From the IMG/VR virus record IMGVR_UViG_3300045988_177924: DNA of 64,000 bases; one strand, given 5' to 3'. The stretch comes from a virus. This document shows, piece by piece, positions 9,181 through 17,849 of this stretch (position 1 is the first letter of the stretch; each line of letters begins with the position of its first letter). The notes beneath the pieces were generated by a model that saw only the letters and a list, made by a program, of their open reading frames with translations, was not told the origin of the DNA and ran no database searches. A program made the translations under genes and the position numbers.

Positions 9181-9873
9181 ATGGCAAATAACAAGGAAGC
9201 TACCCAGACGGTAGAAAAGGCAATAAAAGAAGAAAAGGTTGTAAAAACTGAAATTAAACCTGATAACAAACAGGAAGAAATAGATTTTTTGCGTAATCAA
9301 AACGCAGAACTTCAAGATGCAATGAAGTCTTTGATGGCTCAGTTTGCAGAATTGAAGAATAATATAGCGACGCCTGTTGCTCAATCGACGAGTTATAATC
9401 GTAATGACGAAGTGACGATTGTCCATCTGTTTGATAATGCGCCTGGTATTACCACACACATCGATCTGTCAAATTATTCTATTGATATGGCAGCATTCGG
9501 CGAAGTAAGAACTCTTACGGTTCAACAATTTGAAGAGTTGGTCGGCAGATATCGCTCTTGGTTTGATCGTGGTATTATTGCTGTCGGTGCTGGTTCGGAA
9601 TACTATGCACGTCGTAACAATCTTAAAATGGCGTCTGAGTCGTTGATAAGCTCTGAGTTTATTCGCAAACTTGGTACACTTCCTATGAATGAAGTGCAGG
9701 ATATTTATGAAAAAGTTTGCGATGGTCAAAAAGATTTCATTGTAAGTTACTGGAAACGTAAATTCATTGAAAAAGCACCGGAATTCAGAGATTTGAAAAA
9801 GTTGCAGATTCTTAATGGTTTTACCAACAACGCGTTCGAGTACGAAATCCTCGAGCTAACTACTAACAAATAA
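9181..9873 (+). CDS. hypothetical structural protein (230 aa) with N-terminal coiled coil
   Basis: Initiation region AGGAGActtattATGGCAAAT resembles those at 7416 and 13790. Charged heptad-like N-terminus. Confidence 0.6.
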   Translation: MANNKEATQTVEKAIKEEKVVKTEIKPDNKQEEIDFLRNQNAELQDAMKSLMAQFAELKNNIATPVAQSTSYNRNDEVTIVHLFDNAPGITTHIDLSNYSIDMAAFGEVRTLTVQQFEELVGRYRSWFDRGIIAVGAGSEYYARRNNLKMASESLISSEFIRKLGTLPMNEVQDIYEKVCDGQKDFIVSYWKRKFIEKAPEFRDLKKLQILNGFTNNAFEYEILELTTNK

Positions 9874-9892
9874 TTTTTAATAGGGGGTCGTT

Positions 9893-10585
9893 ATGATTCT
9901 ATTTGAAGATATTTTTAATCGCGCGGTGAATTTATTCGATGACCCCGATATTTTACGTGCTTATGAACTCAACCCCGTTGAATTTTCAAAAACAATGAGA
10001 CCATACTTGATTAACGGCTTAGGGATGTTTGCAAATCCCACAACAGTTTCCTCAAGGTTTTCTAATTATACAGAAGCTCAAGGAAGGTTAGAGGTTTTTG
10101 ACGGCAACGGTGGCGCTAGTTATACTTTGTCTACGACTCCGCTGGATAATGCGGTAATGAGTTTTTTCATTGGAAAAACACCCGATCCACTGGCGGAGTA
10201 CAATCCCGAAACCAAAGTCGTGACATTCTCGCACGACGTGCCAAACGGAACACCTTGTTCGGCTGAGTGGTATTATGCTGGCGAGTTTGCGGCAGATTTC
10301 ACAGGGTTTTCGTCAAACATTTCGTCTGCGTTTATAGAATCGCGTACGAAAGATATTTTAGCACACTGTTTGCTTTTGGGGTGGGCTGAGAATGAAAAGA
10401 ACTTCATGTTGGATATTCGCAATATTTTAACTGATACAGATTTTAAATTACATTCGCCGGCCAATTCTGTAAGAGCAAAAACCGAGTGGTACCAAAATAT
10501 CCGTGAAGGTTTAAATGATTTGACACAGAAGTTATCATGGGATTTATGGTCAGGAGCAATTGGAGGTAAACAAATTGGCAAATAA
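9893..10585 (+). CDS. hypothetical head-tail region protein (230 aa)
   Basis: GGGGG RBS. Lies between the capsid and tail genes. Confidence 0.6.
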   Translation: MILFEDIFNRAVNLFDDPDILRAYELNPVEFSKTMRPYLINGLGMFANPTTVSSRFSNYTEAQGRLEVFDGNGGASYTLSTTPLDNAVMSFFIGKTPDPLAEYNPETKVVTFSHDVPNGTPCSAEWYYAGEFAADFTGFSSNISSAFIESRTKDILAHCLLLGWAENEKNFMLDIRNILTDTDFKLHSPANSVRAKTEWYQNIREGLNDLTQKLSWDLWSGAIGGKQIGK

Positions 10586-10898
10586 GTTAATACTACCCTT
10601 AGAGGCAAAAAAAGATTACCTTCACAAACTGAGTAAGCGATGTATAAAAATTCTGTATCTTATTGAAGATGAAACCAAAAACACTGTTCAAGATGAACAT
10701 AGAATCACTGCGGATGATTATATTGTAAGCCAGTTGTTTGAGGTGAATTCGGCCAATATTTTATTTGATGGTGCTTTGGTTGATGTAATTGTAAAACTAA
10801 ACGGTATTCGAGATTATAAAAATCTCCCTTATTCGTTGGTGCGGAAACAAATTTTTGAAACCAAAGGCATTATCGATCATTTGTTAAAAAGCTTGTGA
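10575..10898 (+). CDS. hypothetical head-tail region protein (~107 aa)
   Basis: The ORF track starts at TTG 10560. I prefer TTG 10575, which lies 7 nt after GGAGGT. The start is uncertain. Confidence 0.5.
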   Translation: MANKLILPLEAKKDYLHKLSKRCIKILYLIEDETKNTVQDEHRITADDYIVSQLFEVNSANILFDGALVDVIVKLNGIRDYKNLPYSLVRKQIFETKGIIDHLLKSL

Positions 10899-10917
10899 TA
10901 ATGAGGAGGTGGTGCGA

Positions 10918-12060
10918 ATGGGTAAAGTTTATGATACTACAAACAGACCAAATCCTTATAATTTGATTTCACAAACTCCACGCAATTACGTACCTCAAAA
11001 TTATTGGCTAAAAGAAATTCAAGATAAGGTAGATGCCGACTGGGATTATCGTCCCAATCGTGCATTGATTGAACAAGAGACGGCAATTGGGACAAACCAG
11101 TTCGTCCCCTTGGAGGTCGTTTTACAAACAGTTAAAACCGATAAAGGCGTTCCGATTTCTGACGACTGGCGTCGCGTGGTATTTCGCGATGTGCACTATC
11201 AATGTCCCTTGGGATTAAAATTTAAATTTTCATTCCAATATGATATTGATGAGCCAGAGGAAAACAAGAGTATTTGGTTAACGACTAACCGTAATACCGG
11301 TGGCGCAACCGCAAGCGCCATTATTGCGCGATGCAACGGTACTTTAGGTAGCGAATACTTAGACGCTCAAGGTATAACACATTATCATTATGAGCCTGCA
11401 GTTCAAACAAAAGAGCTTGCTGGCGTTAACATAGTGTATAATCAGACAGCGGTAAGCCAATCATCGGATTTAACCGTAATTGTGCAGCACAATGAGTTTA
11501 CGCGTAAATATTATGTCAACCAACGGTTTATTGTTGGATATGATCAAGTTTATCGTATACAAGCAATTAGCAAATTTGCTTCAAATCGCACATTTGTGGA
11601 TGATGATTTAGGAACAATTATTCTGTATTTTGAAGTTGTCCAAAAATCTGAATACGATAATTTTCAAACGCGCATTGCGTATAACCAAAAAGAAAGCGTT
11701 GTTGTTGAAGAAACTGGCACAGAAACGGATTATCAAATCCGATTAGACGAACCATCTGTTATTCCCGAAACGCTTTCAAATGAGCCGTTGATATTTAAGC
11801 CTGTGGTATATGCTTCTGGTGTATCTACCGATACGCCGGTTGTAACTACGTATCAACTTATGAATGCCTCTAGTCCACCACAACCCGTTGACGATTCAGT
11901 TAGAGACAAATATGTCAAATTTGAGCAATTGGAAGGTAATAGCTTTTCGTTGCAAAAATTAAAATTCTATCCGGCGGGGAATTTAGAAGTTACCTGCAAG
12001 GCAATTCTTGAAGGTGTGGACGTGACATATAAATTTAATATTTCACTAAGGGGGTTATAA
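10918..12060 (+). CDS. hypothetical structural protein (380 aa)
   Basis: ATG 10918 lies 7 nt after GAGGAGG. The track start GTG 10909 falls inside the RBS. Confidence 0.6.
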   Translation: MGKVYDTTNRPNPYNLISQTPRNYVPQNYWLKEIQDKVDADWDYRPNRALIEQETAIGTNQFVPLEVVLQTVKTDKGVPISDDWRRVVFRDVHYQCPLGLKFKFSFQYDIDEPEENKSIWLTTNRNTGGATASAIIARCNGTLGSEYLDAQGITHYHYEPAVQTKELAGVNIVYNQTAVSQSSDLTVIVQHNEFTRKYYVNQRFIVGYDQVYRIQAISKFASNRTFVDDDLGTIILYFEVVQKSEYDNFQTRIAYNQKESVVVEETGTETDYQIRLDEPSVIPETLSNEPLIFKPVVYASGVSTDTPVVTTYQLMNASSPPQPVDDSVRDKYVKFEQLEGNSFSLQKLKFYPAGNLEVTCKAILEGVDVTYKFNISLRGL

Positions 12061-12066
12061 GGTATT

Positions 12067-12759
12067 ATGGCAGGATATCAAGGTAGTTATGATGAGATGA
12101 GCAACTATAATAGGTTTACCAACCTTGACAGCATCGAGTGGAAAATCATATCCCATTTGTTGTATAGTCAAACGAAAAATGCTCAAAATATTTGGAAAAT
12201 CTTAAAGTATCCAACCATGGATTGTTTGTTTAAAGACAATGTTTCACTCGAAGAGCGTTATGCTCTAATCGACACTGAAGATGGTCAAGAAACAAATAAA
12301 AGAGTGTTTTTATCCAGATATGTTGACGACGCGTGGACTGAACAATGTGCACATCTCCATATTTATATAGACGGCATTTTCCCGACTAACCACGAGGTTG
12401 CTGTAGTTAATATTGCGTTAGAAACAATTTCACACAGCAAGATTATTAAAATTATGGGAGATGCCGACGCACAAGATATAAACCCCTTACTTCCCAATCC
12501 GAATCCCAACGATTCGGATAAAAAAGGAGAAGCGGTGGTTTTATATAAAAATCGCGAGAGCGTTCTGTTAAAGAGCGTGATTGCAGAGTTGAACGGTTTG
12601 TATTTGGATGGAATTGGGTACTTCCAGTTTAACCAAAAAACAAATTATTATAACAACTCACAACAAAATTTGTGGAATGGTCGAACCTATCTGGGCCACG
12701 TTACCAAGATGGCAATGTTGGTATCAGGATTAGCGGAAGGACCGAATAGCAATTTCTAA
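12067..12759 (+). CDS. hypothetical head-tail region protein (230 aa)
   Basis: Long ORF tightly packed behind the preceding gene. Confidence 0.6.
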   Translation: MAGYQGSYDEMSNYNRFTNLDSIEWKIISHLLYSQTKNAQNIWKILKYPTMDCLFKDNVSLEERYALIDTEDGQETNKRVFLSRYVDDAWTEQCAHLHIYIDGIFPTNHEVAVVNIALETISHSKIIKIMGDADAQDINPLLPNPNPNDSDKKGEAVVLYKNRESVLLKSVIAELNGLYLDGIGYFQFNQKTNYYNNSQQNLWNGRTYLGHVTKMAMLVSGLAEGPNSNF

Positions 12760-12832
12760 AGGATTTCAATAGCTTAAAATGAGCGCAATATATTAATAGC
12801 TACTGAAATATAAGGATGAGAGGGAGGATAGA

Positions 12833-13756
12833 ATGGACAGATATGGGTGTTTGAACGAAAAAATAGCCAACGAAATTCAACAGTATGAGGCTACGTATTT
12901 TACCTATGATGAACCCGTTCCCTTTTGTGGGTTACAAATTTATCCAATAATTATGCGGAACTACAACGATTTTATGTTGGTAAATCCGTGTTTAACGTTG
13001 AATAAAAACGAAACCCTTGAAGGCCTTAAACAAACTCATCTAGATTTTTTGATCGGAAAACTTAATGATCAAGAAGAAGGACAACTTTGGACTCTTCGTT
13101 TGAGTAAGTTGTTTGAGTTGATTTTCCATTTAAAAGATGGGGTGTGGTGCCCTCAATGTGGCAACACAATGACTTACGCCGAGTTTATAACTCAACACAG
13201 AGAAATTCTCACTCAGGAAAAACCAGAAGAGGAAAAGTTGGTGGCTTGTCCCAAGTGTGGTTCAACACAACTTGAGGCAATGATACGGTATGTTGCAGAT
13301 CCGGAAACGAAGAAGTATAAGTTAGTCGTAGCGGGACATTCAATCGACGCTGCGGCGTTTGAGCGTTTAAGGCAAATTGTAATGTATCAGAATTTACCTG
13401 ATTATTATGATGACAGCAAGATTGATCCTGACTTGAAGGCTGACTACGCAGAACGTATCAGAATCAAAAGCCAAAAGAGTGGAAAAGCGACCACTGAGAA
13501 AAAGATGGTGTGTGTTTCGGCTAAAACCAGCTATAAGCTGAGCGAGCTGTATGATATGCCAATCCGAAAGTTCTTGATGTTGTTAACGACGGTCGATGAT
13601 GTAATCCAATATGAGGCCACTCGTGTTGGTATGATGACCGGAATGGTTTCAATGAAAGAACCGCCTGAACATTGGATATATAAAAAAGAGACAGATGTTT
13701 TGGGCGACGCTTACAGGACTCTTGATGAATTCAAGGGTGAAATGTCTCAAATCTAA
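12833..13756 (+). CDS. hypothetical protein with CxxC...CxxC zinc-ribbon (307 aa)
   Basis: GGGAGG RBS. WCPQCGNTM ...(~30 aa)... ACPKCGSTQ forms a four-Cys ribbon signature. Confidence 0.6.
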   Translation: MDRYGCLNEKIANEIQQYEATYFTYDEPVPFCGLQIYPIIMRNYNDFMLVNPCLTLNKNETLEGLKQTHLDFLIGKLNDQEEGQLWTLRLSKLFELIFHLKDGVWCPQCGNTMTYAEFITQHREILTQEKPEEEKLVACPKCGSTQLEAMIRYVADPETKKYKLVVAGHSIDAAAFERLRQIVMYQNLPDYYDDSKIDPDLKADYAERIRIKSQKSGKATTEKKMVCVSAKTSYKLSELYDMPIRKFLMLLTTVDDVIQYEATRVGMMTGMVSMKEPPEHWIYKKETDVLGDAYRTLDEFKGEMSQI

Positions 13757-13789
13757 AAACATAATTTAATTATATAAGGAGAAACTAAT

Positions 13790-14806
13790 ATGGCAAAATA
13801 TTTTTTAGGCTCCGTTGGTAGCGCTGAAGCTTTCCGTATGGTTAATGGCCAACCGAAAATGGCTTTCGTCGCAAAGACTTTGACGGACTCTTCGATTTCT
13901 GTCACGATCACGAAAGACGAACTTCGTGGTGGTACTGGCGCACCTGTTGTGACCAACTTCTTCCACGATCCTGCAGTGGCAATTACGCTTACTGACATTC
14001 TTTTCAAAGAAGGTTATGTTGAGGCACAACTTGGTACCAACTTCACCGCTTCTGCGGAAGCTTATCAGAGCGAAACCATCAAAGCGGCTGAAGCCGGAAA
14101 ACTCGTTTTGAGCAAAACCCCTGTTGATCTGGGTGTTTTAAAATGCAGTGACGGCGGCACCATTATTGCTTGGTATTCCGAAGAAGGGAAAGACGACTAT
14201 AAGGCCGTTATTATTTCTGCTGTGGATGCTGGTACGAAAACCTTGAGCGACAGCGGTATCGAAAATGGCAAAACCTATTGCGTACGTTATCTTGCGTCTG
14301 ATAACAATGCCCTCGAAGCAATCGTTAAGAGCGATATGATTCCTCATGAACTTGCTCTTATTATTACGGTTCCTATTTTTGCAGGCGATGCTTGTGCGGC
14401 TTCTAAAGGCAGCAAGGCTGGTACGCTCACCTTCGAAGTTCCGAGATTCCAACTTGATGGTGGCCAAGAATTCACGTTCAATATGAGCTCGAATGCCACG
14501 ATGAACCTCAATGGTACTGCTATGGTTATGACCGAAGGTTGTGACGTTAATAGTGGTAAACTCTTCCGCATGATCGAGGTGATTGAGGGTAGAGTTGTGG
14601 AAGACATCATGATTGATGAAGCAACGGCAAAAGTTGGAGCATCCAAAGAAGACGTCGTTGTTTATGCACTTTATAGCGATAAAAAGATAGCCGTTGTGAA
14701 CAATCCTGAACTTTCTGGTGCAGCGATTGGCGAAGACGGTATTTTGAAAGCTGGTGAACTTACCGCTGCTGCTCTTGGCAAGACTGCGAGCTATACGATT
14801 GAATAA
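13790..14806 (+). CDS. putative major tail (tube) protein (338 aa)
   Basis: Same strong initiation region as the 7416 gene (aattatataAGGAGAaactaatATGGCAAAA). Position after the head-tail genes, and the last large gene before a terminator. No motif-level proof. Confidence 0.4.
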   Translation: MAKYFLGSVGSAEAFRMVNGQPKMAFVAKTLTDSSISVTITKDELRGGTGAPVVTNFFHDPAVAITLTDILFKEGYVEAQLGTNFTASAEAYQSETIKAAEAGKLVLSKTPVDLGVLKCSDGGTIIAWYSEEGKDDYKAVIISAVDAGTKTLSDSGIENGKTYCVRYLASDNNALEAIVKSDMIPHELALIITVPIFAGDACAASKGSKAGTLTFEVPRFQLDGGQEFTFNMSSNATMNLNGTAMVMTEGCDVNSGKLFRMIEVIEGRVVEDIMIDEATAKVGASKEDVVVYALYSDKKIAVVNNPELSGAAIGEDGILKAGELTAAALGKTASYTIE

Positions 14807-14808
14807 TT

Positions 14809-14994
14809 ATGAGTAAATATCACAATTGCCTTCACGCCGAGGGCGATGGATTTGATTGTTTTAAATGTTCAATTTTTATTGAACAAAAACAGGATAATTC
14901 AATTTGCCCTTTTCAGCGTTATTGTCACAACGAAAAACGCTGGGTTTCTACAAATTGTAAGGACAATTGTAAAAATTTTCAGTCGGCAAATTGA
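14809..14994 (+). CDS. Cys-rich miniprotein (61 aa), paralog of 47131..47334
   Basis: ATG lies 2 nt after the stop of the preceding gene, so it is probably coupled and has no own RBS. Has 7 Cys and ends ...CKDNCKNFQSAN, compared with ...CPTECKKFQSKKG in the paralog. Confidence 0.45.
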   Translation: MSKYHNCLHAEGDGFDCFKCSIFIEQKQDNSICPFQRYCHNEKRWVSTNCKDNCKNFQSAN

Positions 14995-15008
14995 TTTTAA
15001 GGATTTTT

Positions 15009-15047
15009 GGGGTCGTACATTTGTGTATGGCCCCAATTTTCTCTTTT
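15009..15047 (+). terminator. rho-independent terminator
   Basis: ggggtcgtaca-tttg-tgtatggcccc (11-bp stem including two G.U pairs) followed by aattttctctttt. Confidence 0.65.
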
Positions 15048-15051
15048 ACAA

Positions 15052-15067
15052 ATAGACACGTGTCTAT
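15052..15067. promoter_or_regulatory. perfect 16-bp palindrome (possible operator or second hairpin)
   Basis: atagacac|gtgtctat, located between the terminator and the holin-like gene. Confidence 0.3.
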
Positions 15068-15140
15068 CCTAACTATGAAAACAATCCCACAGCGTGTGGG
15101 TACAAATAAAAATATCATTTTATTTAACGAGGTGGAATCC

Positions 15141-15467
15141 ATGAGTAATGTAGATATTGGATTAATCGTCTCACTTGTTAGTGTTGTCGTTGCTGCGATT
15201 ACTGCTATGGTTGCAATGTTTACAAAACTGAAAAAGAAGTTTGGCGAATTAGCAAAAGATGGCAATTGGAAAAAACTTTATCCTATGATTTTGCGGGCTA
15301 TGGCAGATGCCGAAGCCACTGGGCAATCTGGGGCAGAAAAAAAAGAAATTGTTATGGCAGCTGTGGATTCTTTTGCGAAGGAATTAGGTGTTCAATATGA
15401 GGCTGATCAAATTTCCGACGCAATTGAATTTATTATTGATTTTTCAAAAAAAGTAAATAAGAAGTGA
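15141..15467 (+). CDS. putative holin, LL-H-like family (108 aa)
   Basis: ATG follows GAGGTGG. One N-terminal TM segment (IGLIVSLVSVVVAAITAMVAMF), then ..GQSGAEKKEIVMAAVDSFAKELGVQYEADQISDAIEFII.., which matches my memory of the LL-H holin C-terminal pattern. The track ORF (14991) extends upstream across the terminator and is not believed. Confidence 0.5.
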   Translation: MSNVDIGLIVSLVSVVVAAITAMVAMFTKLKKKFGELAKDGNWKKLYPMILRAMADAEATGQSGAEKKEIVMAAVDSFAKELGVQYEADQISDAIEFIIDFSKKVNKK

Positions 15468-15477
15468 GGGGAAAATT

Positions 15478-15684
15478 ATGGGACAAAAATATGAAGGCAC
15501 ACTGATTATTCAAACCAACGATAATTATAGTCCTACGGGCGAATATCGTTTGGAGTCAATACCTGATCTGGCATCCGAAGAAGACATCCTGAAAGGTAAA
15601 AAAGCTTATGGAGCACAGGGCGTGGTATTGAACGGGTCTTATGTCGCACCGGAGAAAGATCCTGAACCTGAACCTGCGGCGTAA
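15478..15684 (+). CDS. small fibre-associated protein (68 aa), tandem paralog A
   Basis: MGQKYEGTLIIQTNDNYSPTGEY... is nearly identical in its first 22 aa to the next gene. Confidence 0.6.
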   Translation: MGQKYEGTLIIQTNDNYSPTGEYRLESIPDLASEEDILKGKKAYGAQGVVLNGSYVAPEKDPEPEPAA

Positions 15685-15744
15685 ACAACTATCGCAAAAG
15701 CATCCACACTATTGGTTATGGGTGATTTGGCAGGAGGAGAAAGT

Positions 15745-16065
15745 ATGGGACAAAAATACGAGGGGACGCTAATTATCCAAACTAATGATAATTATAGTCC
15801 AACAGGAGATTATGTATTAACCCCTCTTGGCAATCAGGCAGATGCGGCCAAGGTTTTAAAGGGTTATTCAGCTTACGATTCGTATGGAAAGGTAATTAAT
15901 GGTACTGGAGAACTTGGTTCGATCGAAAACCCCATTATAGCCAAAACCGAAGAAGAGATGAACAAGCTGAATGTGAGTGAGTTTTTTGGCAAATTTGTTA
16001 AGTATGTGGGACCGACCACGGAAAAATATGTTCAAAACGCTTACTATATAATTACAGAGGGTTAA
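15745..16065 (+). CDS. small fibre-associated protein (106 aa), tandem paralog B
   Basis: ATG 15745 follows AGGAGGAG. MGQKYEGTLIIQTNDNYSPTGDY.... The track start at 15712 is upstream of the RBS. Confidence 0.6.
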   Translation: MGQKYEGTLIIQTNDNYSPTGDYVLTPLGNQADAAKVLKGYSAYDSYGKVINGTGELGSIENPIIAKTEEEMNKLNVSEFFGKFVKYVGPTTEKYVQNAYYIITEG

Positions 16066-16068
16066 AAG

Positions 16069-16539
16069 ATGATTCAAAGAATTATGATTGCTGATTATAA
16101 TCAGCTGCTTAACACTCCAATTGAGAACAAAGATCTGAGTTCTTTTTCTCCGAAGGACGCAAGCGATAATAAAATCTATCATCATCTTGGTGCCACAACG
16201 GAGAAATTAGAACACAACGGTCTATATCGTTCAGATGGTTCTAATTGGATAGCCTTGGATTCAACCGAGGAACTACAAAAGTATCAACAAAAATTAACAG
16301 CTGGTTCTGGAATTACAATTGACGAAAATAACGTTATTTCTGCTTCGGGCGTTACCGCAGGGGCTGTTCAAGTGAGTACACGCGAACAACTACCCACTGT
16401 TGGCGATGTTGGTGGTGTGTACTTTGTATTATCAGAACAAGCAACCTATTGCTGGGATAAGGAAGAAAAATCTTATAAAAGCATGGGACAAAATTACGAG
16501 CATTTTATTTTCAATGGCGGAGACGCGTTGAATGAATGA
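16069..16539 (+). CDS. fibre-like structural protein (156 aa)
   Basis: Contains LTAGSGITIDENNVISASG, a phrase typical of fibre shafts. Tightly coupled to its neighbours. Confidence 0.5.
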   Translation: MIQRIMIADYNQLLNTPIENKDLSSFSPKDASDNKIYHHLGATTEKLEHNGLYRSDGSNWIALDSTEELQKYQQKLTAGSGITIDENNVISASGVTAGAVQVSTREQLPTVGDVGGVYFVLSEQATYCWDKEEKSYKSMGQNYEHFIFNGGDALNE

Positions 16540-16565
16540 CAAACTTATTCCAAAAAGGAGAGTTT

Positions 16566-17831
16566 ATGGAGAAACAAATACGTACTACTTTAATTTTACG
16601 TAATGACACCAGCACCAATTGGGCTGCTTCCAAGCTTGTTTTGAAAAAAGGTGAAGTTGGTTATGATACCGATTTACACATTTTCAAGGTTGGAGATGGC
16701 ACCAAAACTTGGAGCGAAATTACCATTTCATTTGTGGATTTGGCAGCCGTCGAAAAAGCAATCGGCGATGCTACCAAAAATTTGCACACAACCGATGTTT
16801 ATCAGAAAGACATCGCGTTGGGTGGTGACAAAGCGGCAGCGCTTGCTGAAATCACAGCACCTGTCAAAGGTGATATTGCGATCATCAGGGAAGCGTTGGC
16901 TGGTGGAAAATATCAGTATACCGCATATGTACGCGGCGAGACCAACTGGGAAGCCATGGATGGCAATTACGACGCAGGTAATGTCTATTTTAAAGATGAT
17001 ATCACAGCAACCACAGCGTTTGGTATTTATGCTCCTGACGCATCTGGTTCGGTTGTGTTGCCTGCAAGTGGTAAGTCTGTAGAAGAATTCTTAAAAGGAG
17101 CGCTCGCAAAGGCTAATAACACTCCTACGGTGAAACAACCGTCGGTTTCAATCAGTTTGACTGGAGCTGGAGCAAAAGAAGTTGGTAGCGAATTCACTCC
17201 TGCATATACGGTAAGTTTTAATAAAGGTAGTTATCAATATGGCCCTGATACGGGCATTACGGCAACCTATGCGGTCAGTGATACGGCTTCGCACACGGCT
17301 ACTACAGCCACGGGTTCGTTTGCTAAGTTTACAGTTGGTGACAGCACTAATTACAAGGTCAGTGTTGTTGCTACGCACACGGCTGGTGCTGATCCTAAAA
17401 ACAATCTTGGTGTGACTGAGGGTGTAGCTGGTAAAATTGCGGCTGGCACAAAGAATGCTACTTCGGGTGCTGTTACTGGTTATAGAAACAGCTTCTGGGG
17501 TGGTGTCAACTCTAAAGAAGGCATTCCCACGAGTGCGATTATTAGAGGTTTGGCTGGTAAGAAAGGCGGCGCAATTGCGGCAGGTAATACGGGCGATGCT
17601 CAAGAGGCTGTTGGTGACATGCGTGTTATCATAGCTGTTCCTGCACCGAGAACCATCAATTCAATCAAAGACGTTAACGGATTGAACGCAGAAGCGTTCA
17701 GCGCATTTACCCATGTTACTGTGGATGTAGAAGGCGCGAATGGCTATGAGGCTAAGTCGTATAACGTATATTACAAAGATAATGCTGCAGCTTGTGACAA
17801 AGCGAATAAGTGGCATTTCACCGTAGCATAA
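16566..17831 (+). CDS. tail fibre protein with Mtd/HylP-type N-terminal domain (421 aa)
   Basis: ATG 16566 follows AAAGGAG. N-terminus RNDTSTNWAASKLVLKKGEVGYDTDLHIFKVGDGTKTWSEI fits the phage fibre N-domain motif (..W....L..GE.g.d.d...fK.GDG.t.w..l). The start is aligned with paralogs at 19569, 21383 and 24320. Confidence 0.6.
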   Translation: MEKQIRTTLILRNDTSTNWAASKLVLKKGEVGYDTDLHIFKVGDGTKTWSEITISFVDLAAVEKAIGDATKNLHTTDVYQKDIALGGDKAAALAEITAPVKGDIAIIREALAGGKYQYTAYVRGETNWEAMDGNYDAGNVYFKDDITATTAFGIYAPDASGSVVLPASGKSVEEFLKGALAKANNTPTVKQPSVSISLTGAGAKEVGSEFTPAYTVSFNKGSYQYGPDTGITATYAVSDTASHTATTATGSFAKFTVGDSTNYKVSVVATHTAGADPKNNLGVTEGVAGKIAAGTKNATSGAVTGYRNSFWGGVNSKEGIPTSAIIRGLAGKKGGAIAAGNTGDAQEAVGDMRVIIAVPAPRTINSIKDVNGLNAEAFSAFTHVTVDVEGANGYEAKSYNVYYKDNAAACDKANKWHFTVA

Positions 17832-17849
17832 TAGAGGGAGGTATATACT

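Noticed and set aside
14991-15140. Upstream extension of the holin-like ORF (track start 14991)
   Set aside because: The extension would run through the terminator hairpin and the 16-bp palindrome. The ATG at 15141 has a GAGGTGG RBS and gives a typical holin-sized product.
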